Of a stretch of 64,000 nucleotides of DNA, positions 21,015-32,686 are shown one piece after another. Position numbers and translations under genes: made by a program. Below the pieces are notes generated by a model. That model worked only from the letters and a program-made list of their open reading frames with translations. It ran no database searches and was not told the DNA's origin. Numbering within the stretch: the first letter of the stretch is position 1; each line of letters opens with the position of its first letter. The stretch is from the NCBI GenBank assembly GCA_008369845.1, contig MRSU01011195.1, forward strand, positions 1-64,000. Direction: 5' to 3'. The DNA comes from Trichomonas gallinae (taxonomy: Eukaryota).

Positions 21015-21923
21015 TTACTTAGCCATGATCTTCTCATTTGACATACGAGAGAATATCGGAGGAAGATCTGGGCTCAATTTGATAAGTTTTTGATCATTAT
21101 CACTAAGTTCTGTAGTCTTTGTGTAAACAGGCCTCTTAATATACATTCTTGAGTAAGTTTTACGCTTAGGAGCTTCATTGATTACTTCTTTTGGCTGTGT
21201 TTCTTGTTGTTTTCGAACTCCAACCATTAAACAGTCCGGAAGAGGCATTGTCCACTCTTTCTTAACTTCTTTCTGTTCAACAACTTCTGTCCTTTGTTGC
21301 TTTAAAGCTGTCTGTGCTCTGATTTTATTTGCCTTTCTAACAATAACAGCATCAGCAGCGCTGAGTGGACGCTCCATAAGTTGCTGCAGTATAGATTGAG
21401 GCCTCTTTGGTTTGCTTTGCAAAGTCTCGCGTTTCTTTTGTATTTTCGGTCTATCTGCAGCAGAAATATCAAGGCCATCTAGAACTTTGAGCCATGGCAT
21501 CGCAGCTGCTACTGTTTGTCTGTATCCTTTCTCAAGAGTCAATGGATTTCCGCGCAAATCTAAAACTTCTAAGTTTCGTAGATGGACTATTTTCGCCAAA
21601 GTTGCTTCTAAATCTTGTAAATTATTTGATGATAGATATAACTCGTTGAGAAACGTTTGTCTCGATAAATTCAAATCTCGAATATTGTTATCTCGCGCAT
21701 CTATTAGTGTTAAACGTATATTTTTCTCGAGATTATTTAATACTTCTATTTTGTTGTGTGGTATATATAAAGCAATTAGATTTGGATAAAATGAAAGGTC
21801 GTTTGGTCCGATTTCGCGAATATTTGCTTGGTCGACAACGAGTTCTTGCGTGGAAAAAGGCGTAATCCTCAAACGCGAGGATGTTTCAAGGAAAGGATTC
21901 TTCGTCTTTTTCGTTTCTTTCAT
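21015..21923 (-). CDS. Leucine-rich repeat protein (SDS22-like/LRRC72-like, with LRRcap)
   Basis: LRRs (LYIPHNKIE, LYLSSNNLQ, LDLRGNPL) followed by the YRQTV....PWLKVLDG LRRcap. First ATG is at 21923. Confidence 0.85.
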   Translation of the reverse strand: MKETKKTKNPFLETSSRLRITPFSTQELVVDQANIREIGPNDLSFYPNLIALYIPHNKIEVLNNLEKNIRLTLIDARDNNIRDLNLSRQTFLNELYLSSNNLQDLEATLAKIVHLRNLEVLDLRGNPLTLEKGYRQTVAAAMPWLKVLDGLDISAADRPKIQKKRETLQSKPKRPQSILQQLMERPLSAADAVIVRKANKIRAQTALKQQRTEVVEQKEVKKEWTMPLPDCLMVGVRKQQETQPKEVINEAPKRKTYSRMYIKRPVYTKTTELSDNDQKLIKLSPDLPPIFSRMSNEKIMAK

Positions 21924-22545
21924 TTTCGACAAATAACGGATAAATTTTTTTTTCTCTTTACCGGATATTTTTGCATATTATTTTAGTATATCATTGTGGT
22001 TTCACTTTTCACAATATATTATAGGCAAAATTCGTAACAATGATGGTTGATTAAGATTTAATTTCTAGATATAGAATATATCTAAAATGCAATATATGAA
22101 AACATGAAAATTTTGAGAAAAATTCAAAAATTATCTTGAAATTATTTTGATTTTTCTATTATTATTTGATATTTAGCATTATCATAACTATAGAAACTTT
22201 TTCATAAACATAATTGATTATTTAATTAAAAATGAAAATATTAAATAATTAAAAACTAAGAATATTATTATAATTTTTTAATATTTTGGTAATAGTTGAT
22301 AATTGCATTAAAATAACTAGTTGGTTGTTTTATATTTTATATGTTAAAGCGAAATATTCGATTAAAATTGAAATCTACTCATTATTTGAGGAAAAAAATG
22401 TTTCATTTTGCTTCATTATTGCGTTTCTAAGAATTTTAATTACAAAAATAGTTAATATGATGAAAAAGGAGTCTAAAAACAGGTATATAATAGAAGCCGT
22501 TATTTTTGCGTTTAGCAAAAAAAAAGAGAATTTTTTACAAAAAAT

Positions 22546-24072
22546 ATGGATAATGATTTGCCTCCCGACACGAATGACTCGAATTCGGGTCCAAAAGTCA
22601 TCGAAAAGATATACTTCGCTGCTATTGCGAAACAATTAGCACGAAATTCGCGAGAAATTCTCAAAGAATCAAATTATCGAAAACCAATGGATACAGAATC
22701 ATATAATTTGGCCGCAAAATTCGTCACACAATACTTATCTCAAAAGAAATTTAAACTTTCTCTTAATACTGCAGTTTTAGAATCTAAAAATCTCTTCAAA
22801 ATCAAAGAACAAAAACCTTACGTTAACAAGGTGTTGAAGGTTGATACAGAAAAGTCAGCTGTCATTCAACTTGCTGCTGCAAAAAAGGCTAAAAAACCTA
22901 AAAAAGAATCAAGAAAGAAAATCCAGCAAAATCTGATGCAATCAGATGATTCAGATCTCACAGAACAGAGTATTGTTGCCGAAGCAATTGAACTTCGCCA
23001 AAGAAATCTCGAAGAAAACCAAAAATCAGTTAAATCAAGGAAAATACACAAGAAATCCAAGGCAAATATCAATACAGGTGACACATTTACAGAAGAAAGC
23101 GAAATTTTTGTACTTCCTGTACATGATCCAGCTTATGCACTTCCGAAGGACATTCAAGCTAAAATGGTTAAATCAAGAAATCCACCTCCAGACAAATCAA
23201 GCAAAAGCAAGTCTACAAAACGCTCAGTAAGCAAACATCAAAAATCATCAAAGAAAACATCGACAAACATTGATTACTCAGCATATTCATATACTTATAC
23301 ATACGATGAATCAGCTCCAGGCTCTTCAAAGCAAACAGCTGCAGTCATGAAATTACCAACTCCGCCAAATTCAGAAGGAACTGGTTCTTACGCGTCCGGA
23401 TCATATTACACTGGATATTCGTACTCATATACTGGGGCTTATGGAACTTATTACGATTCAAGCTCAGCCAGACAAGATCAATCTTATGCAAATCGCGCTG
23501 TTTCCTTCATTTCATCATCAAACAAGTCAGAAAAGCCGCCAAAGCAGGATCACTTCTTCCAGACAGAGCCAGAAAGAGCGCCAGAGGGTTCACCAGATTA
23601 TCTCGTCAAAATCAGAGGAAAAGAAATCGTTAGCTCTGACGACGAAGGAAACAGCACTGGCCTCGATAAGTACTCAGCACCAGCTATTGCTGGAATCAAG
23701 CCGGCAAAGAACAACGAATTCTTCAACAAGGAGGCAGTCGCAGAGGCGCAAAAGGAAAGAGTGCTTAAACCATCCGAGCTGAAAAAGTTGAATTTCTCTG
23801 AGAGGTCTGCCACATCAAAGAAGTCAGGAATTCCATCAGAAAAAGGATCAGGGGCAGCCAAACAACAACCAAAGGCTGCAGCAAAGCCTGCCCAAGAAAA
23901 GCCATCATCAAAGAAGCCTTCGAAAGTCGAAGAAGTTCATGAAGAAGAAGAAGAGCTTGAAAAAGCTGCAGATGAACTTGAGATAGTTGCTGAAGAAGAA
24001 GAGGAGGAAGAAAAAGCTGAAGAGGAGGAAGAGGAAGAAGAAGTCGCCGAAGAAGATGCAGGCGAACAATAA
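22546..24072 (+). CDS. Hypothetical low-complexity protein (K/S-rich, YSY-rich, acidic tail)
   Basis: 508-aa ORF with a short LisH-like segment near the N-terminus (FVTQYLSQKKFKLSL) and a poly-E C-terminus. Confidence 0.8.
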   Translation: MDNDLPPDTNDSNSGPKVIEKIYFAAIAKQLARNSREILKESNYRKPMDTESYNLAAKFVTQYLSQKKFKLSLNTAVLESKNLFKIKEQKPYVNKVLKVDTEKSAVIQLAAAKKAKKPKKESRKKIQQNLMQSDDSDLTEQSIVAEAIELRQRNLEENQKSVKSRKIHKKSKANINTGDTFTEESEIFVLPVHDPAYALPKDIQAKMVKSRNPPPDKSSKSKSTKRSVSKHQKSSKKTSTNIDYSAYSYTYTYDESAPGSSKQTAAVMKLPTPPNSEGTGSYASGSYYTGYSYSYTGAYGTYYDSSSARQDQSYANRAVSFISSSNKSEKPPKQDHFFQTEPERAPEGSPDYLVKIRGKEIVSSDDEGNSTGLDKYSAPAIAGIKPAKNNEFFNKEAVAEAQKERVLKPSELKKLNFSERSATSKKSGIPSEKGSGAAKQQPKAAAKPAQEKPSSKKPSKVEEVHEEEEELEKAADELEIVAEEEEEEEKAEEEEEEEEVAEEDAGEQ

Positions 24073-24528
24073 AGATTTTATTTTAATGTTTTTATCATAA
24101 ATCATCATTTTTATCTCATAAATATAACTCAACTGAAATTCCTGAAATTTATTGTTTATGCACAGTTCGATATTCTATGATACAATGACTTCAATAGTTG
24201 CAATTTATCAATGGTCAAGAGTTTCATTTAATATTGATTAGATTTTGATGTTATCAGAAACAGGTGGAGAATCAAAAATTTTGAATCAAAAGTTCATATC
24301 AATATTGTATATTACTTATGTCTCACTGATATTCAATCCGAGAGGAAACTTGAAAAATTTACATGTCAAAATGTAATAATTTACAAAATATTTTGACATG
24401 TAAAATAAAATACGTTTTGATGTTACGCCCATAATTTTACAAATTATTCCAAATTTTTTTATGATGAAAATACATTAAGTACCATTAGTATAGTAAAACA
24501 AAATTGAATGGAAAAAGTTTAAAATTTA

Positions 24529-26505
24529 ATGGGAGAAGCTAAAGAGGAGAATATTAAAGTTGTCGTTCGATGCCGTCCCATGTCTCAGGATGAGATCAAA
24601 GATGGATACCATCAGGTTGTTCAGGTTGATTCCAGGAAAGCTGTAGTTAACCTATTCAAAAATCCTGATGATTCAGAGCCAAAAACATTCCCATTCAACT
24701 CCGCGTACCCGGATAATGTCACACAACAGTTCATTTACGATGACTGCGCGCGCCCAATTGTCGATGCCGTTTTAGAAGGTTTCAACGGAACAATTTTTGC
24801 CTATGGTCAAACTGGCACAGGTAAAACTTATACAATGGAAGGAGAAGTTACTAGTGAAGAAGATAAAGGTATCATTTTGCATGCATTCGATCACATTTTC
24901 GCACATATTTCTCAAGTCAAAGATAGAGAGTTCCTTGTTTACGCATCTTACTTGCAAATCTATATGGAAGATGTATACGATCTTCTCGCAGATCCAAACA
25001 AGAAACTTCACGTTAGAAATATCGATAATGATGTTAAAGTTGTCGGTCTTTCTTCTCACATTGTTAAATCGCCAAAGGAGACTACAGATCTTTTAGTTGC
25101 AGGTAAGAACAATCGTGTTGTCGCTGCAACAAGTATGAACAAAGGATCGTCACGTTCTCACTCTGTTTTCACAGTTATTGTTGAACAGCATAGTGAAGAA
25201 AGAGGTACCCGCATGGGTAAATTGCATCTTGTCGATCTTGCAGGTTCAGAAAGATTATCAAAAACACAAGCTGAAGGTCTTACAGCCATTCAGGGTGCTA
25301 AAATTAACCGCTCTCTTCTTGAACTTGGTAATGTTATATCCGCGCTCGTCACAGGCAAAAAGCATATTTCATATAGAAACTCAAAGCTCACGCAGATCCT
25401 TCAGGACTCACTTGGTGGCAACTCCAAGACAGTCATGATTGCTACACTCGGCCCAGCGAGCAAAAACTATGAAGAAACAAATTCAACATTATTATACGCT
25501 ACGCGTGCCCGTGATATTAAGAACTCACCTAAGATCAACGAAGATCCAAAGGATGCATTACTTGGCCAGCTTCGCGATAAAATCGCAGAACTCAAAAGAC
25601 AATTAGCCGAGCAGCAGGCGAACGGCGGCATGCCAGTTATGGACAACTCAGAGATGAAGGAGATCGAAGAGCGCCACAGGAAGCAAGTTGAAGAGCTCAT
25701 GGCGAAGAAGAACATCACTGAAGAAGAAAGGAAGAAGATGAAGGAATCATTAGAGAGCGAATACGAGAAACAAAAGCAGATCTCTGAGGAAAACGAGAAG
25801 CTTAAATCGAAGATCGAGCAGATGCAGAAGTCCGTCCTCATCGGTGGTGAGAACCTTGTCTCCAAAGCGAAGATGCAGGAAGAAATCATTCGCAAGCAGA
25901 AAGCGGAAGAAAGGAAGCAAATAGAACTGCAGCGTCAATTGGAAGAAAAGAACAAAGAGAGAGAAAACAAACTTTTGCTTGTTGAAAAGAAGTATTCATC
26001 AATGAAGGATGAATTATCTGAGAAAGAATCAACAATCAAGAAGCTTGAGCCACTCATCAAACAGCTCGAAGAAAACATCGAAACAATACAGGCACAATTC
26101 GAACGCGAAAAGGAGCAAGAAAACAAGAACTTGAAGAAATTGAGACAGGAATGTGCTCTTTTGAGAATCGTTGCAGAGACTTTCATTCCTGCTGATAAGC
26201 TTGACATGGTCATCAAGAAGTTCTCTTACGATGAAGGCGAACAAAAAGTAACGATTCCATTCCAAGAGCTTGCTGGACGTCGCGTTGTTGAAGAGAAAGA
26301 AGAAGAGCCCGCAAACAGCAACATCTTCATCCAAGGTATGGATGGACCAATGGACTTCCTCTCAACACATGTCGATATCACTAAACCTTCGAAGGAAGAG
26401 GTTCTTCAGGCAAAGCAGAAGCGTCAAAAGAACGTTAAACACGCCCTCAACGAACTTGGCTTTGTTGGCTCGATGTTCACAAAGAAGAAGACTGATGCCA
26501 ATTAA
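24529..26505 (+). CDS. Kinesin-2 (KIF3-like) motor protein
   Basis: P-loop GQTGTGKT, switch motifs NKGSSRSH and LVDLAGSE, kinesin-2 neck KINEDPKDALL, and a stalk with IGGENL. Confidence 0.93.
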   Translation: MGEAKEENIKVVVRCRPMSQDEIKDGYHQVVQVDSRKAVVNLFKNPDDSEPKTFPFNSAYPDNVTQQFIYDDCARPIVDAVLEGFNGTIFAYGQTGTGKTYTMEGEVTSEEDKGIILHAFDHIFAHISQVKDREFLVYASYLQIYMEDVYDLLADPNKKLHVRNIDNDVKVVGLSSHIVKSPKETTDLLVAGKNNRVVAATSMNKGSSRSHSVFTVIVEQHSEERGTRMGKLHLVDLAGSERLSKTQAEGLTAIQGAKINRSLLELGNVISALVTGKKHISYRNSKLTQILQDSLGGNSKTVMIATLGPASKNYEETNSTLLYATRARDIKNSPKINEDPKDALLGQLRDKIAELKRQLAEQQANGGMPVMDNSEMKEIEERHRKQVEELMAKKNITEEERKKMKESLESEYEKQKQISEENEKLKSKIEQMQKSVLIGGENLVSKAKMQEEIIRKQKAEERKQIELQRQLEEKNKERENKLLLVEKKYSSMKDELSEKESTIKKLEPLIKQLEENIETIQAQFEREKEQENKNLKKLRQECALLRIVAETFIPADKLDMVIKKFSYDEGEQKVTIPFQELAGRRVVEEKEEEPANSNIFIQGMDGPMDFLSTHVDITKPSKEEVLQAKQKRQKNVKHALNELGFVGSMFTKKKTDAN

Positions 26506-27359
26506 TATATTGTTCTGTATTCATCAAAATTGATATAAAGATTTCTATTGAAAATTAATAATATAGTCTAACAATAATCTATTAAATTTATTTTTGCTGT
26601 AAACCACTTAGCTGGTTATTAATTATGTATATATACTAGGACTATAGTTCATTACATACTGCGTCTGGGTTGTGAAATGAAAAATGTTTTTTGATATGAA
26701 ATTATATCTAAGAAAAATCACCAGTATACAATACTTGAAGAAATATGTGCCCAATGAAATGTTTTCTATCAATAAAATAGCTTAAGTAGTATAATGATAG
26801 TGTAGAAAAGCAATATTCAAAAAATCTGCTTTGTAAAATTATTGGCAATATTGTAAAAATCTAATATTCAGATATGTTATTCAATAAAGATATAATATAT
26901 GATTAAAAATGAATTTGACACGTAAAAAATCGAGTGACCGATTATCGAAACAACGAAATTTGATTTACATTGGTATCATAAAAACAATTAAAAACCAGAG
27001 ACAAAATTTGGCTGCTGGAAAAATATCGGATATTTTGCCACGTAATTTTACGTTACTAAAATTTTAGAAAATTGATAACTACCAGAAAATTTCCTTAGAT
27101 CTTTCATCTCTAGCATCCTTATGTAATATATAATCTATGGATAAAATATTATTTAAAAAGCTAGTGCCGATCTATGCCAAAAAATGCTTTATTTTGCCAC
27201 GTAAAAGAACGATAACTTTTTAGTCAGTCAAAAACATTTTAAAATTTACTCCACTCATCTAAAAAAGAAGTAATAACACGAAAAAATCGGTCGATTTGTT
27301 TGAGGGGATAAAAAGTGATGTCAATATAAATGGCCGAACACTTTTCACATTTTTTAAAA

Positions 27360-28013
27360 ATGGAGCCAACACTCAACGACCTTACAGAACTCAAGAGACT
27401 TCTTGCCCTCGGCTCAACGCCATACGTCGAGGCCCTCCTCAAGGCTGAGATCGAGAAGATCGAGCCAAAGTTCGCTACAATGCAGGAAGAAAAGAAGGAT
27501 GAGGCCAAGCCAGCTGGTCCAGTTCGCAGATACCAGTCTATCACATCATACGCTTTCTCTGATTCCAAGGACAAAGCCGAAATAATGATCAGAGAAATCC
27601 GTGGTCTCGAGCAGGCTAAGATCGAATTCGAGCCAGTCGAGAATGGCTTCTCCATCGCTATCATCCGCGAGGAACAGAACCTTCCAAACTTGAAGCTCGT
27701 AGTTTCCCCAACAAAGGCCATCAAGCCAGAGGAATCCAAGTACAAGGTCCGTCGTGAGACTCTCACAGTTATCCTCGCCAAGAAGAAGGAGGAGACATGG
27801 ATGAAGCTCAAGGATACATCCGCTGCAGTCACAAAGGAAGATAAGAAGAAGAAGGAAGAGGAAGAAATCGATGCTAAGGAGAATCCAAACGCTGCCCTCA
27901 TGAACATGATGAAGAAGATGTACGATGAGGGTGATGATGAAATGAAGAGAACAATCTCCAAGGCTATGTGGGAAGCTCAGCACAAGAAGCCAGAAGATGA
28001 GAAGAAGCCATAA
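27360..28013 (+). CDS. CACYBP: Calcyclin-binding protein/SIP-like (Siah-interacting helix + CS + SGS domains)
   Basis: N-terminal LNDLTELKRLL, CS domain (ITSYAFSDS...TVILAKK..ETW), and SGS motif NPNAALMNMMKKMYDEGDDEMKRTISKAMWE. The start is taken at 27360, after an Inr. Confidence 0.85.
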   Translation: MEPTLNDLTELKRLLALGSTPYVEALLKAEIEKIEPKFATMQEEKKDEAKPAGPVRRYQSITSYAFSDSKDKAEIMIREIRGLEQAKIEFEPVENGFSIAIIREEQNLPNLKLVVSPTKAIKPEESKYKVRRETLTVILAKKKEETWMKLKDTSAAVTKEDKKKKEEEEIDAKENPNAALMNMMKKMYDEGDDEMKRTISKAMWEAQHKKPEDEKKP

Positions 28014-28583
28014 AAATATGAATTGTATACATCCTAGAATAAAATCAAATCTTTACAAAACATTTTAACATTTTGAATACTTGATTACCTATAAATACAT
28101 CTACTACAACCTCCACTTATCCGATGTAATCCTTGAGCTCGATTGGATCAACCACTGCATAATCTTCACGATGAAATTTAGTGAGTGACAGACAAGAATG
28201 CTGCAGCATTTCAATTGAAACTAGCTCCTGTCCGACATTCGGGCACTTTCTTGCACAGTCGAAGAGACCACCACTGCCTTTTCATCCATGGTTTCGTTTA
28301 CTCAATGATCTATTCTTTTAGATTATCGCTGCTTCACTCACCAGCTCACAATATGCTTGTTAGTATGGATCCTAAAGCAGCTCTGCTTCAATCGCTAACT
28401 CACAGTGTGTTTCTTGGTGTGGATTTAAATGTGGTAACAGCCTGTACCAGGGATAATAAACATTCATTATCTTAAAAGTCCAAAATTAAAAATGTGAGTG
28501 ATTTTTATTGCTTTTAAAAGCATATAAAGAAGTTTCTAAATATAAATTTCAAGCTAAAAATTCATAAGTTTGAAGATTTATAG

Positions 28584-30026
28584 ATGATTGAAGAAGAAGA
28601 TCTTCTTGATTACAAATCCGGAGTCTCATATGATAAAGAACGAGGTGAAATAGAATCTATAGCTGATATCGGTACAAATTCCAATCAAATTTCGGACTCA
28701 ATTTTAGAAGATTTAAATAATTACCTTGAAATGTCAAAAAGCAGTGAAAATACAGAAATATATGAAGCAGTTGAATGGATAAACAAGATGTTTCACTTTG
28801 TTTTCATATATTGTCCAAAAGATTTTATTCTTGCCTTAGCAGACTTTTGTAAATCAGATATGAACGAATTAGTTATAGAATCATTTGATTTATTACTAAG
28901 ATTCATGCATTCTTCACGAAAAAATGAATTTCTCGATGATTTACTCAATAACAATCTAGTTGAACTGATACAATCACATTTTCCGAATAACCAAACAATA
29001 GATATGCTATCCCCAGTATCAACAAGCGATATTGGAAGAAAATTATTACTCGAATCTGATTTAATTGCAACAATTGACTCATTTTTCACAGATGAATTAG
29101 AATCAGAATCAGTGGGTCTAATTGCACAGTTTCTTGCTAATTTAACAAAATATCCTTTTACTTACAAAAATCAAATTGATAATGTATGCAATATCGTCCT
29201 AAAATTCGGAAATTACATTAAAAAGGAGATAGATCCTATCATTTCTTCTAATATTACTCGCGCATTTTGCAGTTTTGTTAATAGTTCTGATAACTTTGCT
29301 GATTTCTTTATAAATAACTTTGAATTACCAATGTTTTTCATATTTGATGGATTGCCATTTGCAGGAGAAGAAGAAAACGAAGAGGTTTCAAATGCAAGAT
29401 ATGCATCAATATCAGACGTTATAGTAATGATACACGATTTGTTGTGCTACAAAGAAGACTATTGCATGTATGCTTTAGATAATGGATTGCTCGATTATAT
29501 TGAAGATGTTTTTTATTATCCAGATGATTATTTGAACACTGTTATTATAGAACTGCTTTCGAACGTCATGAGCATAGTTCCAGAGATAATAAGACAATAT
29601 CACACGAATAGTTACGAATCAATGCTCTCCAGTCAGTTATATGACACAAACATTTCAGTGGCAAGAAGAATAGCTACCGTCAACTTTATTTCAACTTTTC
29701 TTATATCAGGGATGAGTGTTGACAAATCTTTCCTTTACGAAATACAAGGTGGGATACCAGATGGTGGATTGTTCATGGCTTTAGTAAGAAATATAGAAGT
29801 CATCACGAATATAGATGATATTAATTTGGCGCTTGACGCACTTTTGAAAATTAGAGAGTTTGAGTGGACAGAAGAAATAGATCAAATACTTACTGCAATG
29901 AATGAAGATGATACAATCAGAGGGTGGCTCGATGACGTCCAATGCCAAGATGAAAAAGAAAATGATGCGAAATTTAAAGCACGCATCATGGAAGACCTTC
30001 TTAAAAGCATAGAAATAGATGAGTAA
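28584..30026 (+). CDS. Hypothetical acidic alpha-helical (ARM/HEAT-like) protein
   Basis: 480-aa ORF with helical-repeat-like amphipathic pattern and no diagnostic motif. Confidence 0.75.
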   Translation: MIEEEDLLDYKSGVSYDKERGEIESIADIGTNSNQISDSILEDLNNYLEMSKSSENTEIYEAVEWINKMFHFVFIYCPKDFILALADFCKSDMNELVIESFDLLLRFMHSSRKNEFLDDLLNNNLVELIQSHFPNNQTIDMLSPVSTSDIGRKLLLESDLIATIDSFFTDELESESVGLIAQFLANLTKYPFTYKNQIDNVCNIVLKFGNYIKKEIDPIISSNITRAFCSFVNSSDNFADFFINNFELPMFFIFDGLPFAGEEENEEVSNARYASISDVIVMIHDLLCYKEDYCMYALDNGLLDYIEDVFYYPDDYLNTVIIELLSNVMSIVPEIIRQYHTNSYESMLSSQLYDTNISVARRIATVNFISTFLISGMSVDKSFLYEIQGGIPDGGLFMALVRNIEVITNIDDINLALDALLKIREFEWTEEIDQILTAMNEDDTIRGWLDDVQCQDEKENDAKFKARIMEDLLKSIEIDE

Positions 30027-30246
30027 ATAGAGTTATTGTTTATCATATTACTGAAAACCTTCAAATCTTTATTTTTCAAAAAAAATATTTTATGAAAATT
30101 TTTGAATTTTGATTTAGCATTGAAAACAATAAAACAAATGGTTTCAATGATGAATTACACTGAATATTTTAAACAAATTGTAATTTTGAGTAATATTTAG
30201 AGAATCTGTTTATATTATTTGTATTTCAAAACAAAACATGTATAAT

Positions 30247-30780
30247 TTAGATGAGTTTGAAGACAAAAGCACTCAATTTATGGAGCCATGAGCCAAGTGG
30301 AATAAGAGGTCCAATATTTTTGCTCTTACTTCTTCCAGTAAGGTGTTCTGTATCTTTAGAGAGGTTAACAGCACCAAATGCGATAGGCACCATGACGAAA
30401 ATCGAGAAGTCTCCGATAACTTGAAAAGTTGAACCTTCGTTGCGAGCAATGTAATTTGACCAGTATGCAAATGAAAGTACAGCATTAACACAACCCTGTA
30501 TGAGAACGTAAAATGGAATTGCGTCGAATAAAATTAATAACCACCAAAAAGCCAAGAAAAGAGGATAAAGTGTCATTTGTCTGAACGGAAGGAATAAAGC
30601 GAAAACAACAACGAGGACACCGATGAATCTCGATAAGCGTTTGAAGAAAATTCTATTCTCTTGAAGTAAATCGAACAATGCTTGTAGGCTCATTAAGAAG
30701 GCCACGATTAAAATAACAATCAGAATGGCTCCACCAATGTAACCAACAAGAAAGTCTAGTACTGGTTTAAAGAAATCCAT
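30247..30780 (-). CDS. Multi-pass membrane protein, Erv26/Svp26/TEX261-like
   Basis: 4-5 TM segments. LFDLLQEN and TFQVIGDFSIFVMVPIAFGAVNLS resemble the LAELIEE and FSEV.AYF....P.AFFVSLS motifs of TEX261/Svp26. Confidence 0.55.
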   Translation of the reverse strand: MDFFKPVLDFLVGYIGGAILIVILIVAFLMSLQALFDLLQENRIFFKRLSRFIGVLVVVFALFLPFRQMTLYPLFLAFWWLLILFDAIPFYVLIQGCVNAVLSFAYWSNYIARNEGSTFQVIGDFSIFVMVPIAFGAVNLSKDTEHLTGRSKSKNIGPLIPLGSWLHKLSAFVFKLI

Positions 30781-31344
30781 GATTAATTTAAATAAGGTTA
30801 ATTCAAAAAATCAAAATCCAGCTTTTTCATTATCATTTTCACAACAAGCTAATAAAAATATAAAACTTCTCCACGAGAAAAATCCTCAAATTTCATTTTT
30901 AAATATTTTGATAAAAATTATCTTTTGATTTAGACAAACAACACTTGAAATATTAATATATTAATAATAAAACTATTCTTTTCTATATAATAACAACAAA
31001 GAATAAAAAAAATTTTTTTCATTATATTTTTTTCATTGATTGGTTGCAAATTAGGGAAAATTACAAACATGATATCTACTACGGTAACATATAGGAGTTG
31101 GCCAGGAAGAATTTGATTTTTGTACTAAACTTTCAAATTTAACCGAAGATGTATTTGGAAAAGTGAAATTATATGGATATACTCCAATTTTTCACTAAAA
31201 CTAACAAAAAAGTACAATGAAATAGATAAATTAAAAAATTACAACTGTTTCATCTAATAACAAACATGTGTATGAAACAGCTGGTCATATTAATATAAAA
31301 ATATGATGCTAAATTCTTCTAATAAAAGAATAATAAAATTAGAA

Positions 31345-32142
31345 TTAAACAGTATTAATTTTGTATTGTAATTCCGACCATTTGAAGCCATCTATGTTGT
31401 TTGGAATAGGAATTATCCATGTCCACCACGATTCACCTAAAATCTGTTTTAAGTTGTTAACAGAGCCTTTATTATATTGGTCTGGATCCTGTTTCGCTAT
31501 CCTTTCAAGTGTTGTTCTGTTTGTCGTTAAGTTTGTGCAATATGATAATCCAAAACAAGATGTGAACAAAGCGAAGAATAAAAGTATGGCAAAAACGAAC
31601 CACATGATACCATGAAAATCACTCTTGTCCTTTTTCGTAAAGAAAATTATGTTAAGTGCACACATAATAAATAATAAAGCAGAATAGACATTAAATAGTA
31701 CAAATGCTTTCATATTACGTAATGCAATGCAATTTCCAACAAGTGGACAGTGATGATCGAATCTAAAGTAACATCTGTTGCATTCTGAGCAGTGATGAGT
31801 TCTATCGCTCTTTGGTAGATTACATTTAGGACATTTTAGATATCGAGTGATATCTTCTGGTAATTCTGCTAGATTTCCGTTGTGCAATAATTTGCGTTTT
31901 TCTAAACATCTTTCTACACTTCCTGCATCAAGCCAAGATGTAACAATGTGGGCAATAATCCAGAAAAACGAGAATAAACTCCAAAAAGCCAACGAAATTA
32001 ATAAAAATATTTTGGGAACGCCTGTTAGATAGAAAAAGTCGACGTAGACAAACTTTATGTTGCAAAATTGCGCTCCTGCAAAAACAAGAAATATGATTGT
32101 TCTTGTTAAAGCATTGCAATTGCAAGGAGCGAAAGTTGCCAT
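31345..32142 (-). CDS. DHHC palmitoyltransferase
   Basis: CPKCNLPKSDRTHHCSECNRCYFRFDHHCPLVGNCI, a TTLE motif and 4 TMs. Confidence 0.95.
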   Translation of the reverse strand: MATFAPCNCNALTRTIIFLVFAGAQFCNIKFVYVDFFYLTGVPKIFLLISLAFWSLFSFFWIIAHIVTSWLDAGSVERCLEKRKLLHNGNLAELPEDITRYLKCPKCNLPKSDRTHHCSECNRCYFRFDHHCPLVGNCIALRNMKAFVLFNVYSALLFIMCALNIIFFTKKDKSDFHGIMWFVFAILLFFALFTSCFGLSYCTNLTTNRTTLERIAKQDPDQYNKGSVNNLKQILGESWWTWIIPIPNNIDGFKWSELQYKINTV

Positions 32143-32686
32143 ACAGATTTTGACAAAATTTAGCGATAAACAAATCCATTATAGCCCAAATCTGCTATTT
32201 CAAATCAAAATATTTCAACATTGCTAAAATATATTTTTTTCAAAAATTAAAATCCAAAACTATTCCTTAGCAAGTTTCCATTATTACCTATACAACTATA
32301 TATGCTTAATTTTTCGTTAACACACAATATTATCGTTCAAAATAGATTCGATGAAATAAATATTACAATTTAACATAATAGATTTATACATCATTTATAT
32401 TTCTATTATTAAATCATTATGAAATCATCTGTCATATGGTGCGAATTTAATGATGTTAATTTTGAATCACAATATATCTTTTCATGAAATTTTATGTTAT
32501 TCTATTAGTTTAAGTTCTAAATGATAATCTGAAAGAAATCATCTTCATACTTTACTATCATATTAAAAGTTTGCTGAATGAAGTTTCTCCCGAGAATATA
32601 TTTTAAAAATTTAAATATAAAATATGATTCTTTGCATTCTAAATATTGTAGATTTTATTTATTTTAAGTCATTTTTTATTTGTTGT

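Noticed and set aside
28363..28405. Possible spliceosomal intron GTATGG...GCTAACTCACAG resembling the trichomonad ACTAACACACAG 3' motif
   Set aside because: It has mismatches at both ends, is only 43 nt, and splicing yields MLVMCFLVWI* rather than a credible ORF.
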